From Eledone cirrhosa (lineage: Eukaryota), in the NCBI GenBank assembly GCA_964016885.1, contig OZ024740.1, positions 322,276,001-322,340,000 on the forward strand: a stretch of DNA of 64,000 bases, in the 5' to 3' direction. Of the stretch, positions 12,865 to 26,907 are shown in pieces (the first letter of the stretch is position 1; the number at the start of each line of letters is the position of its first letter). The notes under the pieces are model-generated. The model did not search any database and was not told the DNA's origin. It worked only from the letters and a program-made list of their open reading frames with translations. The translations under genes were made by a program, and so were the position numbers.

Positions 12865-14998
12865 GTGATATTGTCGGGGAGAAGTGTGTCCATAATGATG
12901 ATGGTGTACTTGCCATCACTGACGCTGATAAGCTTGGAAGTGTCACTACGAGAGGCTACTAAATGAGGAGAATAAATGGGAAAAAGATAGTCTGCCCCAC
13001 ATCGATCCAATAGAGAGATTAGCAGTGCAAGTTGAAGGTAGTATAATAAGTAAGGCAATCAAAGATATGAAGACAGGCAAGGCAGCTGGGCCTTTGGAGA
13101 TAGTTGCTGAAATGCTGAAAGTATTTGGAACGGTGGGACACACTATGGTCACCCGGATAGTAAACCAAGTCATACAGAACGGGGTCATACCAAATGACTG
13201 GCGTACCAGCATCATCATTAACTGCTACAAGGGTAAAGGAGATGCCCTAGATAGGGGAAACTATAGAGGCATTAAATTACTTGACCAGGTCATGAAGATC
13301 ACAGGAAAAGTTATAGCGCAACTAATCAGAGACGAAATGTAGTTTGGGTTTGTGTCAGGTAAAAGTACCACAGACGCCCTTTTCCTTGTACGACAACTAC
13401 AGGAGAAGTACCTAGCTAAAAGTAAACCCCTCTACTTAGCTTTTGTTGACTTTGAAAAAGCATTGGACAGAGTCCCCCCCGTGCCATTATCTGGTGGGCC
13501 CTTACAAAACTAGGGGTTGATGAATGGCTTGTGAGAGCTATACAAGCCATGTATAAAGAAACAGTCAGCAAGGTTAGAATTAACAACGAATATAGTGAAG
13601 AATTTAGCGTAAAAGTTGGTGTTCATCAAGGCTCTGTGCTTAGCTCCCTCCTATTTATTATTGCCCTTCAGGCTATAACAGAGGAGTTCAAGACCAGCTG
13701 CCCATGGGAACTTCTCTATGCAGATGATCTAATGCTCATAGCTGAATCTATGGCTGAACTAGAGAAGAAATTCCAAACATGGAAGCATGGACTAGAATCA
13801 AAAGGCCTTAAAGTTAACATGCTCAGTGTGTAGGAAAGGAGTAGGCAGAAATTCCATTTTATGTCCCAAATGTTATGGGTGCATAAAAGATGTAGTGGGA
13901 TCACAGGTAAATTATCTAAGAACGTATATTTTATATGTGGCCGGTGCTCAGGTGCAATAAGTAGCAAGTGCCCACAGGATACTTCTATTGCCCAGATGGC
14001 TCTATAGAAATAGTGGACACCTTCCATTACCTGGGTGACAAAATCAGCAGTGGTGGAGGGTGCTCAGAAAGTACAGTAGCCAGAGTCAGAACGGGAGGAA
14101 AATATTCAGAGAGCTTATACCACTATTGGCCGCTAAAGGTTTCTCTCTAAAAATGAAAGGCAGACTGTATGATGCCTGCATACGAACAGCTATGTTACAT
14201 GGCAGTGAGACATGGGCATTGTGTGCAGAGGATCTGCGCAGACTAGAGAGGAACGAAGCATGCATGCTCTGCTGGATGTGTAATAGTAATATACGTGAAC
14301 AGCAAAGCATAAATGAACTAAGTGAGAAATTAGGTATAAGAGGGATCAGATGTTGTTTATTCGAGACAAGACTACGTTGGTATGGTCACGTGATGCGCAT
14401 GAAAGATGACAGTTGTATAAAAAAGTGCAGGGCGATAAAAATTGATGGAAGTTATGGAGTAGGCAGACCCAGATAAACCTGGGACGATTTAATAAATTCT
14501 GACCTTACACACTTACACCTCTCTAAGACAATGTCACTGGACCGAGATTTTTGGCGCTATGCAGTAATACAGAAAACCCACCTTGCCTAAGTGCAAAGCT
14601 AATCCTACAGTCAGTAGGCACCTCTTAATCAAATATACACCCCCATCCCACTACCCCAACTCCCCCACCCCCACCCCCATCAACTCCATCCCTTTCTCTG
14701 TAAAGTTATGTTGGTACCACAACATCCAGTCCTAAATAAATGAGATTGTGTAGGTGTCACGACAAAAAAAAAACACACAGTCCACGCTGTAATGTGGTCG
14801 TGTAGGTAACACAGTAAAAACCTCCCAGTCCACACTGCAAACGTGGTTGTTGTTAAGAAGGGCATCCAGCCGTAGAAAACCTGCCAGACAGTCCTATACG
14901 AGCGAGACGACCAATCTTGCCTCAAGTGGGACAATTCCTGTCTAAACCCATGCTAGCGTGGAAGATAGACGTTAAACAATGATGATGATGATGATGAT
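12865..14998 (+). mobile_element. 5'-truncated RTE-clade LINE, RT pseudogene with 3' UTR and (GAT)n tail
   Basis: ORF fragments KTGKAAGP, NYRGIKLL, VGVHQGSVLS, LLYADDL, RLRWYGHVMRM, GRPR; stops and frameshifts. Confidence 0.95.
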
Positions 14999-15002
14999 AT
15001 AT

Positions 15003-15308
15003 GACCGGGTGATGTGTTGTTTCCTTGAGTAAGACACTTTATTTCACATTGCTCCAGTTTACTCAGCTGTAGAAATGAGATGATAGGACTGGGGCCCCTA
15101 TCATTCCACTGCAAAGTGGTCGTGGAGGTGCCACGGCAAAAAAAAGCACCTAGCCCACACTGTAAAGTGGACGTGTAGGCACCATGGAAAAAAAGCACCT
15201 AGCACACACTGTAAATGAGGTTGGTGTTAAGAAGGGCATCCAGCTGTAGAAATCAAGCCAGAATCAGTTCCCGTCCCACTCTTGCAAGCAGGGAAAAGCA
15301 GACGTAAA

Positions 15309-15352
<44 letters not shown>
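15003..15352 (+). mobile_element. 5'-truncated SINE with RTE-like tail
   Basis: Same family as 29059-29407. Confidence 0.85.
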
Positions 15353-16547
15353 ATATGCACACACACACGCATATACATATAAAAATGAGAAAACTCATCG
15401 CTAGAATAGCCATTAAAACAGCTAAATGCTGTCAAAGACAGTGATGTGCAAAAATGCCCCAGAAGTCAGAGACCAGTGGCTAATGGTCAACAGAGAGACA
15501 ATCCACAAGATGGGTGACAGGCAGATGAAATATAAAAAAGATTGAAAGAGGAGAGCAACAAGAAGTGTGTTGGCACACAGAAGTGACCGGAAGAGGAAAT
15601 AAAGAAAGACGTTGTACAAGACAAGTTTACACACAGGCATCTTCACACTCATCAGCTCTGAAACCAGAAAAATGGTTTCGCACAATTTAATTGAGAGTAC
15701 CCTTTTAAAATGCTGGATCGTGCAACAGAAAAATAAATCTTTCTGCTGGAATGATGTGTGTGTGATAAAACAAACAGATAGAAGGACGAAAGAATATAAA
15801 GAAAATGAAATTAATGGGATAGTGGACCTCAAGCTGTGGTGTCTGTCATAAATAGAAAGCTCATCATAGCTATGATAAAGTTAAATAAAAAAAAACAATT
15901 TTGTCTCTGATTGAGATGAAGTGAAAGTGTATTTGAATACATTTAAATATGAGAAAACTCAAGTGTATTGGTGCAGAGAAGTGACACAACTGAGAGTCCT
16001 CCCAACCCTTTCTTTGGCAAGATTTCTATGGCTGGATGCCCTTCCTATAACCAACCATTTTACAGCATGTACTGGGTGCAATTATCATGTAGATCACCAA
16101 TACATGTCCTTGACACAATTGAAGTGTCCTCCTGACCCTTTGTCTGGCAAGCTTTATATATGATGATATCATAATCATCGTTTAACGTCTATATTCCACG
16201 CTAGCATGGGTTAGACAAGAATTGCCCCACTTGAAGCAAGATTGATCAGGTGATCATGTCTCGCTCGTATAGGACTATGTATATATATATATATCATCAT
16301 CATCATCATCACCCCCATTATTTTCCAAGCTGGGTGGGTCATCACAGTTTGAAACTAGACTGGTCAGAAGAAAACAACATCTGGCTCATACGTATCATAT
16401 TTGGTATGGTTTTCAAAACTGAATACCCTTCCCAATGCCAACCACTTTTCAAAGTGTACAGGGTTATTTTCATCATAGCACCAGCACTACCAATTACAGA
16501 ATGTACTGGGTGCATTTTATTACTCTTCAAGTGTGCTTATATACAAA

Positions 16548-17005
16548 ACTCACCAGCCTTCATTCACCAACCCCCACTCACCAGTCTCCACTCACCAACC
16601 TCCACTCACCACCCTTCATTCACCAACCTCCACTCATTAACCTCCATTCATTAACCTCCACTCATCAACCTCGATTCACAAATCTCCACTCACCCCATTC
16701 TCTCACCACTCTCCACTCACCAACCCCACTCACCAACCTTCACTCACCAACCTCCACTCACCAACCTCCACTAATTAACCTGCACTTATCAGTCTTCATT
16801 CACCAATCTCTACTTATCAACCCCCACTCACCAACCACCACTCACCAGCCTCCACTCATTAACCTCCACTCACCAACCTCCACTCACTAATCTCCACATA
16901 CCACCCTCCACTCACCAACCTACACTCACCAACCTCCATTCACCAACCACACTCACTAACCTCCACTCACCAATCTCCACTCACCAACCTCCACTCCACT
17001 TACCA
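16548..17005. repeat. C-rich 14-bp minisatellite (CCACTCACCAACCT)
   Basis: Direct reading. Confidence 0.9.
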
Positions 17006-17519
17006 ATCAGGCAACCAAAAGTTATATTAACCACATTGGAAATATAACAAAATGCAACATTAATGTCCCTCGTGCACCCCTTCCATTACTTCACCCCCCA
17101 TACCCCCTCCCCTCCATTCAAACCCTCAAGAAAAAACCCATAAATTCTTTCATCTATTTGAATTGGTTTAAGAGCATGTTGTAATAAGAGTTTATTGACA
17201 TTTGAAGAATTGTTTGGTGAAGGAATGTTGGTGTAGTTGGAGTTGATGATGGTGGTGGTGAAGGATTTCTGGTGCTTTATTGTAGAGTGGTGGGCTTTAG
17301 ATTATAACAACAACAGTAATAACAACAACAATAACATGAATATATATATACATAAGTAATATATATATATATTTTGAGTATATGTTGGTTGTTTACCAAC
17401 ACCTCAGTTTGCAGATTGGAGCACTCGACGAAGTGCGCAGGTTGGTTTGGTTACTCCAGAGTAATGTAAAATAAAATAAAATAAATAAGTCAAATGTTTA
17501 AAATTTGGCTTCGTTTATT

Positions 17520-17574
17520 ACTGCTATATATATTTCGGTGACAGCCATCTTTGGCTGTGACCTCTTCAGGCAGT
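17520..17574 (-). ncRNA. Minimal type I hammerhead ribozyme (intact core)
   Basis: ACTGC-CTGAAGA-GGTCACAGCCA AAGA TGGCTGTCACC-GAAA-TATATA-TA-GCAGT. Confidence 0.88.
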
Positions 17575-18985
17575 CCGAATTAGTGTGGTAGAGACAAGTA
17601 CACATGTTGTTGGGGTGTTTAACTTTGTTAATACTCTGATATGCCCAGTTCCTGGTTGGGTTGTTATTTCACTGAGGAACTGGAATCATATGAATTTAAA
17701 CAAACGAATTTCAGCGTCAAAGGACATCTTCTCCTCCCATTGGTCAGTTGTAAGAATATTCCTCAGTCAAAAGTCTATAGAAATTCGTTTTGAGGGAGGC
17801 AATCTGTAGTGGTTGTTCTTGTTATTGTTAAGTACATCTGACCTCTACTCTTATGTTGGTAGTGGTGTTGGTGTTGGAGTCAGCTCAAAAAAATGATAAA
17901 GTGGTAGAAGGAATAAGATGGTAAAGGAACAAAATAAAATAAGATAATCAAATAAAATGTGTGTGTGTTATACCCAATCTCAATGTTAGAAAGATTTGTA
18001 AGGTCACTCCTCCCATTGGTCAGTTGTGAGAGCATTCCTCAGTCAAAAGTCTATAGAAATTCTTTCTGGGGTGAGGCTACCTGTAGTGTTTGTTTTCGCT
18101 ATTGTTAAGTACATCTGACCTCTACCCTTATTTTGGTAGTGGTGTTGGTGCTATGGTCAGCCTAGGTCTTGCTGCTGCTGACATTTAGAAGTATCTGTGT
18201 GTGTTTCTTCATCCATCCTGCCACCATTTCTCGTGGGGGGGGGGGGGGGGGCTGTGCCATGCATATGAAGAAATAGAAGACAATAAAATGAAGAAAACAG
18301 AAAATAAATAAATAATAAATAGAAAATAAATAATGAATAGAAAATAAATGAAAAATTAATGAGAAATGAAAAATGAAAAATGAAAAATAAAAATGAAGAT
18401 TCAAATAAAATAAAATATGTGTGCTATAACCAATCTCAAAGTCAGAAAGATGTTGGATAAAGTGGTAGGAGGAACAAGATGGTAAAAGAATAAGAAAGAA
18501 TTTCTATAGACTTTTGACTGAGGAATGCTCTCACAACTGACCAATGGGAGGAGTGACCTTACAAATCTTTCTAACATTGAGATTGGGTATAACACACACA
18601 CATTTTATTTGATTATCTTATTTTATTTTGTTCCTTTACCATCTTATTCCTTCTACCACTTTATCATCTTTTTGAGCTGACTCCAACACCAACACCACTA
18701 CCAACATAAGAGTAGAGGTCAGATGTACTTAACAATAACAAGAACAACCACTACAGATTGCCTCTCTCAGAACGAATTTCTATAGACTTTTGACTGAGGA
18801 ATATTCTCACAACTGACCAATGGGAGGAGAAGATGTCCTTTGACGCTGAAATTTGTTTGTTTAAATTCATATGATTCCAGTTCCTCAGTGAAATAACAAC
18901 CCAACCAGGAACTGGGCATATCAGAGTATTGACAAAGTTAAACACCTCAACAACATGTGTACTCGTCTCTACCACACTAATTCGG

Positions 18986-19040
18986 ACTGCTTGAAGAGGT
19001 CACAGCCAAAGATGGCTGTCACCGAAATATATATAGCAGT
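18986..19040 (+). ncRNA. Hammerhead ribozyme copy with C3>U core mutation
   Basis: Same as 17520-17574 but TTGAAGA. Confidence 0.75.
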
Positions 19041-19204
19041 AATAAACGAAGCCAATTTTTAAACATTTGACTTATTTATTTTATTTTACATTACTCCAGA
19101 GTAACCAAACCAACCTGCGCACTTCGTCGAGTGCTCCAATCTGCATACTGAGGTGTTGGTAAACAACCAACATATACTAAAAAAAAAATATATATATATA
19201 TATA

Positions 19205-19833
19205 TAATGTTGTTTACTCGAGAGAAGACTACATTGGTATGGTCACATGATGCGCATGAAAGACGACAGCTGTATAAAAAAGTGCAGGGCAATAAAAATA
19301 GACGGTAGCCACGGAGTAGGCAGACCCAGAAAAACCTGGGACGACTTGATAAATTCCGACCTCACATACTTACACCTCTCCAAGACAATGTCACTGGACC
19401 GAGAGCTTTGGCGCTACACAGTAATAGAGAAGACCCGCTTTACCTAAGTACAAAGTGAAACCTACTACAGTCAGTAGGCACCTCTAACAAAATACACCCC
19501 GACCCACTACCCCCACCCCATCCACACCACCCCTTTCAATGTAAAGTTATGTTGGTGTCACAACATCCAGCCCGAAACAAATGAGGTCGTGTAGGTGTCA
19601 CGACAAAAAAACACACAGTCCACACTGTAATGTGGCCGTGTAGGCAACACGGTAAAAACCTCCCAGTCTACACTGTAAATGTGGTTGGTGTTAGGAAGGG
19701 CATCCAGCCGTAGAAAACCCGCCAGACAGTCCTATGCGAGCAAGACAACCACTCTTGCCTCAAGTGGGAAAACTCCCGTCCAAACCCATGCAAGCGTGGA
19801 ATATGGACGTTAAACGATGATGATGATGATGAT
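19205..19833 (+). mobile_element. RTE LINE 3' end
   Basis: WYGHMMRMKDDSCIKKC..GRPRKTW, 3' UTR and (GAT)n tail. Confidence 0.9.
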
Positions 19834-19871
19834 ATATATATATATATATATATATGTAGTAGGAAAAGAGT

Positions 19872-19905
19872 CTTAACGTTTCAGATGCTGGTCCTTCATC
19901 AGAAA
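19872..19905 (-). ncRNA. Minimal hammerhead motif (family shared with 46260 and 47334)
   Basis: TTT-CTGATGA-AGGACCAGCATCT-GAAA-CG-TT-AAG. Confidence 0.6.
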
Positions 19906-19989
19906 AAATAATGAGAAATTAAAGAAGAAATAGAAAGATTGGTGGTTAAACACAGATCTGTGCTGAGGGTGCTGCTGTACTCCATCCCA

Positions 19990-21980
19990 AAATGCAGGAG
20001 ACGAAGTCTCTTCAGGTGAAGAAGTAAGTCTGTAGGTATTTCAGCCCCTTCCACTGCAACACCAGAGCTACTCAGGGCCACCCACTAATGTAGGTGAGGA
20101 AACTCCTGTACAACAGCACAATTTTTGGTGAGTCTGGTGTTGTGAGTCCATCCTCCTCAATTCATCAGAACAGCATGAAATTTGATGTGTCTGGTATTTT
20201 CACTCCAAGTGAGATGTCTCTATTCATCTCAATGTGTCAGGCACATCATCTATCTTCTCTTTTGAGCCAGATTTAGCAGCCTACTTTCTCAGCTGTCTCC
20301 AATATTGCCCTCAAAAGATGTTTCCTTTCCTTTACTGCTCGTCTAAGGCCCTGAGGAGCGAGTCAACCTTGGTTACGACAATTCCTCTGACTCCTATCTC
20401 TACAAGGAAACATCTGCAAGTTACACAGTATTCAACCAGCTCACTGTACTTTCTGGCCTTCTTGTTGAATACATTATCAATGTTCACCTCACAAGAATCA
20501 GTAGGCTCTACCATATTCACCATCTTCCTTTCCATGCACCTTGACAAGGTTGGGTAATTTGGTAACAAAAACTAGACAATGGTATTTGCCATCCAGGTCA
20601 ACTGAGACCTCCCAGATCCTCTCCCATTTTTAGTTAGTCTTCTTTCTTACAGTGGCTGGTTTGTAATGTTTTTTTTCTTTACAAAATTTCCTTTTGCTCT
20701 TCTCCAATACTTGTGGTCTCACGCCATTGTTCATCCTCTTTACTTACTGTTCCACTGCATTAACCAATACTCTAAGTCCCTGGTTATGCCACCATGTATA
20801 TCTGTTGTTCAGGCCCAGTGAGCAACATGTCAGTATGTGTTTCATTGTTCCAGCCTTCCCGCATTTGCACAAGCCACTCTATTTTACTTTCCATCATTTA
20901 AGGTTTATGTGACTAGGAAGCATATCATAGACAGAGAAAACATGAAAACAATTCCTTCCATCTGATCATCTGCTCCTTCACAAACTCCTCCCAAGACACA
21001 CACTATCCCTGTTGGCCACATTGTACTAAGGCCACATGGCAACTTCTCACTAACTCCCTCTTTACCTGGTTAACTACATCAATCCTTTCTGATTCATGGC
21101 ATAGTATGGTTACAATTTGGAGTTTCCAAGCCTCTTTCTATTGTTCTATGCAGAACTACTATATCTTAATATTCAAGAGCAGCCACAAAGTATTTTGTCA
21201 CCTCTGAAGCAATCCGTTTTCTTCCAGTCATGAGCCCCGGTGAGGAGGAATTGAGGATTTGGTCATTTGAATGATGTAGCATCAGTACGGTCAGCACCTT
21301 ACTAAACTTGTACTGCTCAACTCTTGATGGGATAGGGAATTCTATTGTTGTGCAGAGCAGCACATGCAAAGGTCCATTGTAATCAGAGCCACTTACGAAT
21401 AACTATTGTATTTCCACTCAGTGACCTCGACACATATGAGTGTGACTTTATACATCATTTGTGTCCATTGCAATCTGAGATATTGTGCGAACTAGATGCA
21501 GCAGAGCTTGAACTGACCTTTCTGTCAACCACTGAAAGTCCATCCTTGGCTATCTTATAGATTTTAAGTCCCTCACTTCTATCATTGAGTGATCCACAAT
21601 ACAAACTCTGAAGACACTTCACAGACTTCTCTGTAATCATTAGCAAGTCTTCACCTGTAACATCATACTTCACTTCTTGTTGCCTTCTTGTGACAAGTGT
21701 CACACTGTAGTATTACTTTACTTTGAAGCACATCTTCCCCCAATTTACTAGCTTAACAAGTCTGCACAGGATTGTCATCGTTGACTTCTTGTCTTTTGCC
21801 AACAATACTATGTCATCCATGAAGGCTGTCTTTGGGGGAGTGAATCTTCATCTCCTGGTCGTGAAAGATTGTACCTCGCAGGATGAAGTCCATTCCAAGC
21901 ACGAACCAGATGACTAATATTGAGCACCTAGCTGTAATTCCCACATCCAACCTGTACTACACTGTTGTAAATTTTCTAAC
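19990..21980 (-). mobile_element. Decayed RLE-type non-LTR retrotransposon (HERO-like)
   Basis: MVEPTDSCEVNI..KKARKYSELVEYC..CFLVEIGVRG resembles the restriction-like endonuclease motif; KSVKCLQSLY..SLND resembles the end of the RT. Confidence 0.7.
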
Positions 21981-22176
21981 AGCAACAACATGAATACATA
22001 CTTGCATATGTAACATTATATATATATACAGCTGAATGGTTCTGAGCAGCTGTTTTTAGCAGTCTTTTGGTCTATTCACACCACCATGGGCTATCAAACG
22101 CACATGTCTTTTCTCTATACCATGCATGTTTTCTTAGTTATCTGATATATTTTTAGAAGTGTGGATCATATTGTTA

Positions 22177-22260
22177 GATATCCACCAATGAGCCATCTAC
22201 AATATGTATTCTTCACTTTTTGTGGTGAAACATACTCTAATTTGAGCATGTCCGGGTGTT
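22177..22260 (+). ncRNA. Decayed hammerhead with full-length stem III
   Basis: GATATCCA-CCAATGA-GCCA..TGGT-GAAA-CATACTC TAATTT GAGCATG-TC-CGGGTGTT; two core mismatches but all three stems visible. Confidence 0.55.
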
Positions 22261-22655
22261 ATAGTTATTATTGGATGGTTAAGTACACTTTAATTTATTC
22301 TTTTAATTGATTTGTATTCACCTTTACTTTCAAGACAATATGTTCATCACTCTGGTGGTTTTTGATCCCCTATGATTGAACACATATCTTTATGTGTACT
22401 TCTCTCTATATGCTGATTTATAAAGAGCCATTAAATTATAGAGGATGTATGAGAGTCTTTAACTCTGTTCTTTAATTTTATATATATATATCATCATCAT
22501 CATTTTACGTCCGCTTTTTCCTGCTTGCAAGGGTGGGACGGGAATTGATTTGGGCTTGATTTCTACAGCTGGATGCCCTTCTTAACACCAACCTCATTTA
22601 CAGTGAGTGCTGGGTGCTTTTCTGCCGTGGCACCTCGACGACCACTTTGCAATGG

Positions 22656-22689
<34 letters not shown>

Positions 22690-22691
<2 letters not shown>

Positions 22692-24030
22692 CATAAATCT
22701 AATAAGGACATGAAGGTAGGGAAAGCATCTAGACCATCCAGTATAGTCACTGAGATGCTAAAAGCACCTGACATGGTAGGATACAAGCTAGTTAGATACA
22801 TAGTTAACCAAGTGGTAAAAGATGGGGTCATACCCAATGACTGGTGCAGCAGTGTCATTGTAAGTTGTTACATGGTCAAAGAAGATGCACTAGAGAGAAG
22901 TAACTACAGAAGCATCAAGTTGACTGACCAGGTCATGAAAGTTGCTGAAAGGGTTATAGTGAAACTAATTAGGGAAAGAATCAAGTTAGATGAGATGCAG
23001 TTTGGATTTATGTCAGGTAAAGGTACTACTGATACCCTCTTTCTGGTGAGACAACTACAGGAGAGGTACTTAGCTAACAGTAAACCATTGTATCTAACAT
23101 TTGTAGATCTGGAGAAAGCCTTTGATTGGGTCTCATGCTCTATAATCTGGTGGGCACTTAGGGAGCTAGGTGTAGATGAATGGCTTGTGAGGGTCATGCA
23201 GGCCATGTATAGAGTGAGAGTTGGCAATGAGTAGAGTCATGAATTTGAAGTGCAGAGTCATTCAAGGATCAATCCTCAGTCCACTCTTTAAACTGAGGAG
23301 TTTAAAACTAGCACTCCATGTGCACTAGCATTCCATTGCTCCTATATGCTAGCAAGCTAGTCTTCATAGCTGAATCCATATGAAAGTTAGAGGTAAAATT
23401 TCAAGCATGGAAGAAGAACCTGGAGTTGAAAGACCTAAAAGTAAATTTAACAAAGATGAAAGTCTTAATAAGTAGGAAAGAAGACAGGAAGGTGATACCA
23501 TCAGGAAAGTTGCTTTGTTCGATATGTCAGAAAGGGGGTGGGTAGAAATTCCATAAGGTGCACACAATGTAAAGTATGGACACCCAAGAGATGTAGTGGA
23601 ATTTTAGGTAGGCTAATGGAAAAGATAGACTTTATATGCAGCAGATGCACAAGGAATGTGAGCACAAAGAGCTAGGGTAGGTGCCGAAAGTGAATGATTT
23701 TCTCTCAGAGTGGAGGGTAAACTGCATGATGCCTGTATACAAACTGCAATGTTACATGGCAGTGAAATATGAGCTTTCATTCAGAAAACCTGCAGAGGAT
23801 ACAAAGAAATGAGTTGAGTATGCTCTGAACGATTTGTAATTTTAATGTGCATGAGTGACATAGTATAAGCAAAATGAAGGAAAAACTTGGCATAAGAGGA
23901 ATTGGATGTAGTGTGCAAGAGAGAAGACTATGTTAGTATGGCCATTTGATGCACATGTAAGATAACAACTGCATAAAGAAATGCTGAGAAACCCCAGTGG
24001 CTAGGACTTGTGGAAGAGGCAGACCCAAGA
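22690..24030 (+). mobile_element. Decayed RTE-clade LINE
   Basis: ORF 22710-23234 with NYRSIKL, QFGFM, FVDLEKAFD; later frameshifted RT and GRP motif. Confidence 0.92.
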
Positions 24031-24872
24031 AATTACTAAAGACTGTGAGAGCTGGTGCTATGCAGTGCTGAAGGAGACCCAACCTACAAGATACAATTTT
24101 GCCTGATCTACCCTATGTCCCCCACTTCCACTAGCACTCACTAACAGCTATTCTCAGCATCACAACATTCCTAGCCGCTGCCCCCTTGTAAAGTGGTTGA
24201 TGATGGGAAGGTCATCCAGCCGTGGAAAGCTTGTCAAACAAAAGGTTGGGAGGACCCTTTAGTCATGTCGAGAACGTGACAGCCCCCATAGTGTTTAGTG
24301 ACATGTATTGGTGATCTACATGATAACTGCACCCAGTACATGCTGTATAGTGGTTGGTGATAGGATGGGCATCCAGCCATAGAAAGCTTGCCAAGGGTAG
24401 GAAGGACCCTCAGTTGTGTTAAAGTCATGACAACCTATCCTGTGCATTCTGTAGAACATGAGACTGTACATAAGCAAAACGCAGATCCCTGGTCTGTCTT
24501 GGAGATCAGTAGCTCCGCTTCAATACTGACATGATCTTTATAGACCCATCCAATTCTTCCTTGCTACCAGAGCAAATGGACATTAAAATGGTAATGATGA
24601 TGATTATATATATATGTATGAGTATTTTGTATATCTAGCGATATATGGTATGTTTACAAATAAATATTTTGAAAGCCTTCAGGTATGAGTTTGGAAACTG
24701 ATGACGTAGCACCATCTAGTGGATTCCAGCATAAGTTAAGGGTGTGTAACTGTTGACGATGTCATTTCTGACTCTGGTCATAAGACAGAGCTTCCTTACC
24801 CTGCTGTTCTCTGTTGGAACTCAATATAGGTGAAAACATATAATTTTGACACCTATATACATGGGCTGATTA

Positions 24873-26604
24873 CACTGTGTAACAAATATATTTTTTCTCT
24901 GTTCCTGGCTTGTAATCACTTTTTTGTGTTGCTTAGGTCCCAAATAAATAAAAAGTGCTATTAAACAGTTAAAAGTTGGGGTTTGTAAAAATTTTAAGCT
25001 ATTCGTTAGAATTATTTGTATGCTGGATTTTACGTTGTATGTATGTTTAATTTGCTTATGTTAAATGATTTTTTTATATATGTTTTAGGTTAAATTAAAA
25101 TTATAAAATAAAGAGTAATACCTAAAGAAAATTATAAAAGTGCAATAAAGTATAAAATTGTTAAAAAGTGGATTAAAGACATTTATTGATACTGGATTTT
25201 TGCACCCTGAATAAAGGGTAAGTTGTGTTTTAAGCATTCATCTTCAGGATGAAGCAGTGGAACTTGGTCAAGGAGGAAGTGCAGGTGACAAGTCAGAGAA
25301 GTCGACATGAACCTTTCTCAGGCTTTTACACTCTTAGGGATGGCCTCTGCTTCTGCCATGACGTGCCTGGACTGTTTGACGTTATTGGGGTGCTGTTTGT
25401 GCCCAAGGAGTGGCGGCTATTTATAGACAGCTCCACCACAAGTTTGAAGGCTGTCCTCCTCCACAATGGAAACAAGTTCCCGGCACTGCCCCTAGCTCAT
25501 TCAGTCTGCCTGAAGGAAGATTACTACAGTGTGAAGGTCCTCTTGGAAGCTCTGCAATACAACCAGTACAATTGGGAAATCATTGGAGACTTCAAGATGG
25601 TGGCTTTCCTGCTTGGACTTCAAGGAGGCTTTATCAAATTCCAATGCTTCCTCTGCCTTTGGGACAGCAGAGCCACCTCTGACCACTACAAAAGAAAGAA
25701 CTGGGAGCAGCGAACAGAATTTGTATTTGGGACCTGGAACGTCATGTGGGAGCCACTGGTTGATCCCAGAATTGTGTTCATGCCGCTACTGCACATTAAG
25801 TTGGGGTTGATGAAGCAGTTTGTGAAGGCTCTCAACCAAGAATCAGCCGCTTTTAAGTACCTTCTTGAGTTCTTCCCCAAGTTATCTGATGCCAAAATCA
25901 AAGGTGGAATTTTTGTTGGACCTCAGATAAAGAAAGTGTTTGAGTCTACCAAGTTCTCCAATAAGCTCAATAGGATTGAGAGAACAGCATGGAACTGTTT
26001 CAAGGCAGTTGTTAAGGGCTTCCTGTGCAACTACAGAGCTGAAAACTACCAGCAACTGGTGCAGGATCTGATAAAGGCTTTTGGCGCCATGGGATTGCTT
26101 AAACTCTATATGCTGGACGCTCACCTGGAAAAATTCAAGGACAATATGGGCTCCTACTCAGAAGAACAAGGTGAACGATTTCACCAAGATGTGAAAGAGA
26201 TAGAGCGGAGGTACCAGGGCCACTACAATGGAACAATGATGGGGGACTATATCTGGAGGCTAGTGCGGGAATGCGACCTGGACTACCAACCGCAAATCCA
26301 GCAAATCCAGTCATTTCTGACGTGTATAAGTTGCTTTATAAGTGTTATTTGTTTGTACTTGTTTGCTTTTGATAAGCTAGTGTAATAAAATAAATATATA
26401 CTCTGTTGATTTAATTATATGAACTGATAAATTTTTTTTAAATGTGTTTTTTCTTGAAAAATATGAAAATTTCGAAATATCAAACTCCTGACCACAAACC
26501 CAAACTTCTGATTAAATAATAGTATTTTTTTTATAATAATGGGATATAACAAACCAGGAAATGATACTTAGAACCGTGGAACAAAGAAAATATGTTACAC
26601 GGTG
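24873..26604 (+). mobile_element. Chapaev3-type (CMC superfamily) DNA transposon, internally deleted
   Basis: TIRs CACTGTGTAACA / TGTTACACGGTG; TTA duplicated at 24870-72 and 26605-07 (TWA-type TSD). Confidence 0.85.
25249..26385 (+). pseudogene. Chapaev3-like transposase, C-terminal part
   Basis: WRLFIDSS..SLKAVLLHNGN, CFLCLWDSRA, LHIKLGLMKQFVKAL, SEEQGERFHQD; N-terminus absent; splice acceptor TCTTCAG just upstream. Confidence 0.8.
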
Positions 26605-26805
26605 TTATCATCGCAGACATATTTTTCCCCAACAATATCACAATTTTCCCTGACACATTGTCTTGCAATCCTGAACACCTCATGCCTTTGGTCCTTGCAT
26701 TGCAGAACATGCTTAAATTTTTTATCTTCTACTTCCCTTCTCACAAAGTACACTTGTTGGCTAGCTCTCTCCTAGCAAGCTGGTAGTGTTCTCTACTTCC
26801 TCCAT

Positions 26806-26858
<53 letters not shown>

Positions 26859-26907
26859 ATAAGTAAAAGCGAAGTAGTTTCAGATGTTCAAGTCCTTTAA
26901 TAATAAT

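Larger units (their letters stand above)
17377..19178. mobile_element. Head-to-head inverted element (~690-bp arms) carrying hammerheads, bounded by (TA)n; Penelope-like/retrozyme candidate
   Basis: 17377-18067 is the reverse complement of 18493-19178 with roughly ten substitutions; a hammerhead followed by AATAAA lies near each outer end. Confidence 0.8.

Noticed and set aside
17585-18975. Twin 74-aa ORFs on opposite strands
   Set aside because: By-product of the inverted repeat; GTG starts and no recognisable motif
24698-24730. CTGATGA hammerhead-like core
   Set aside because: No stem II followed by GAAA, and no stem I partner
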